This document shows positions 63,721 through 64,000 of a DNA stretch of 64,000 nt, in pieces; within the stretch, counting starts at the first letter, position 1, and each line of letters begins with the position of its first letter. A program made the translations under genes and the position numbers. The stretch is from assembly GCF_009914755.1 (NCBI RefSeq), contig NC_060925.1; one strand, given 5' to 3'. Source of the stretch: the human T2T-CHM13v2.0 reference genome, Homo sapiens. The notes below the pieces were generated by a model. That model ran no database searches. It was not told the origin of the DNA and saw nothing but the letters and a program-made list of their open reading frames with translations.

Positions 63721-64000
63721 GGCCAGGCGCAGTGACTCAACGCCTGTAATCCCAGCACTTTGTGGGGCCGAGGTGGGCGGATCACCTGAGGTCAGGAGTT
63801 CAAGACCAGCCTGGCCAACTTGGTGAAATGCCATCTCTACTAAAACTGCCAAATAAAGGCCGGGTGTGGTGGCTCACATCTGTAATCCCAGCACATTGGA
63901 AGGCCGAGGCGGGTGGATCATGAGGTCAGGAGATCGAGACCATTCTGGCTAACACGGTGAAACCTCGTCTGTACTAAAAATACAAAAATTTAGCCAGGCG
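63721..64000 (+). mobile_element. Alu left arm (63721-63857) followed by an AluY-like element (63858-end) at its A-rich linker
   Basis: Second ggccgggtgtggtggctcac starts in the linker; runs off the window end. Confidence 0.85.

Overview
Human/hominid genomic DNA. The window holds the complete four-exon SLC30A10 (ZnT10, CDF-family Mn2+ exporter) gene on the minus strand. The CDS joins 58290-57651, 56958-56881, 48380-48141 and 45835-45336 (1458 nt, 485 aa). It has a TATA-containing CpG-island promoter and a probable ~5 kb 3'UTR ending near 40330. The remaining ~40 kb downstream is repeat-rich intergenic DNA: a 5.5 kb L1PA nested in an old L1M, about 30 Alus, and MIR/L2, LTR and hAT remnants. 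The most unusual item is at 733-1280. There a 5'-truncated SVA and an oppositely oriented U5 snRNA 5' fragment sit inside one 15-bp target-site duplication. A 4-nt microhomology suggests the second target strand primed reverse transcription on a different RNA (twin priming in trans). Other candidates are an NMD-inducing alternative acceptor before exon 2, an intron-1 poly(A) signal, a recursive-splice junction, inverted Alus around in-frame exon 3, a perfect ZTRE-like palindrome in intron 2, HRE/MRE cores at the promoter and a 5'-inverted Alu. Repeat subfamily names and some boundaries are by eye and approximate.
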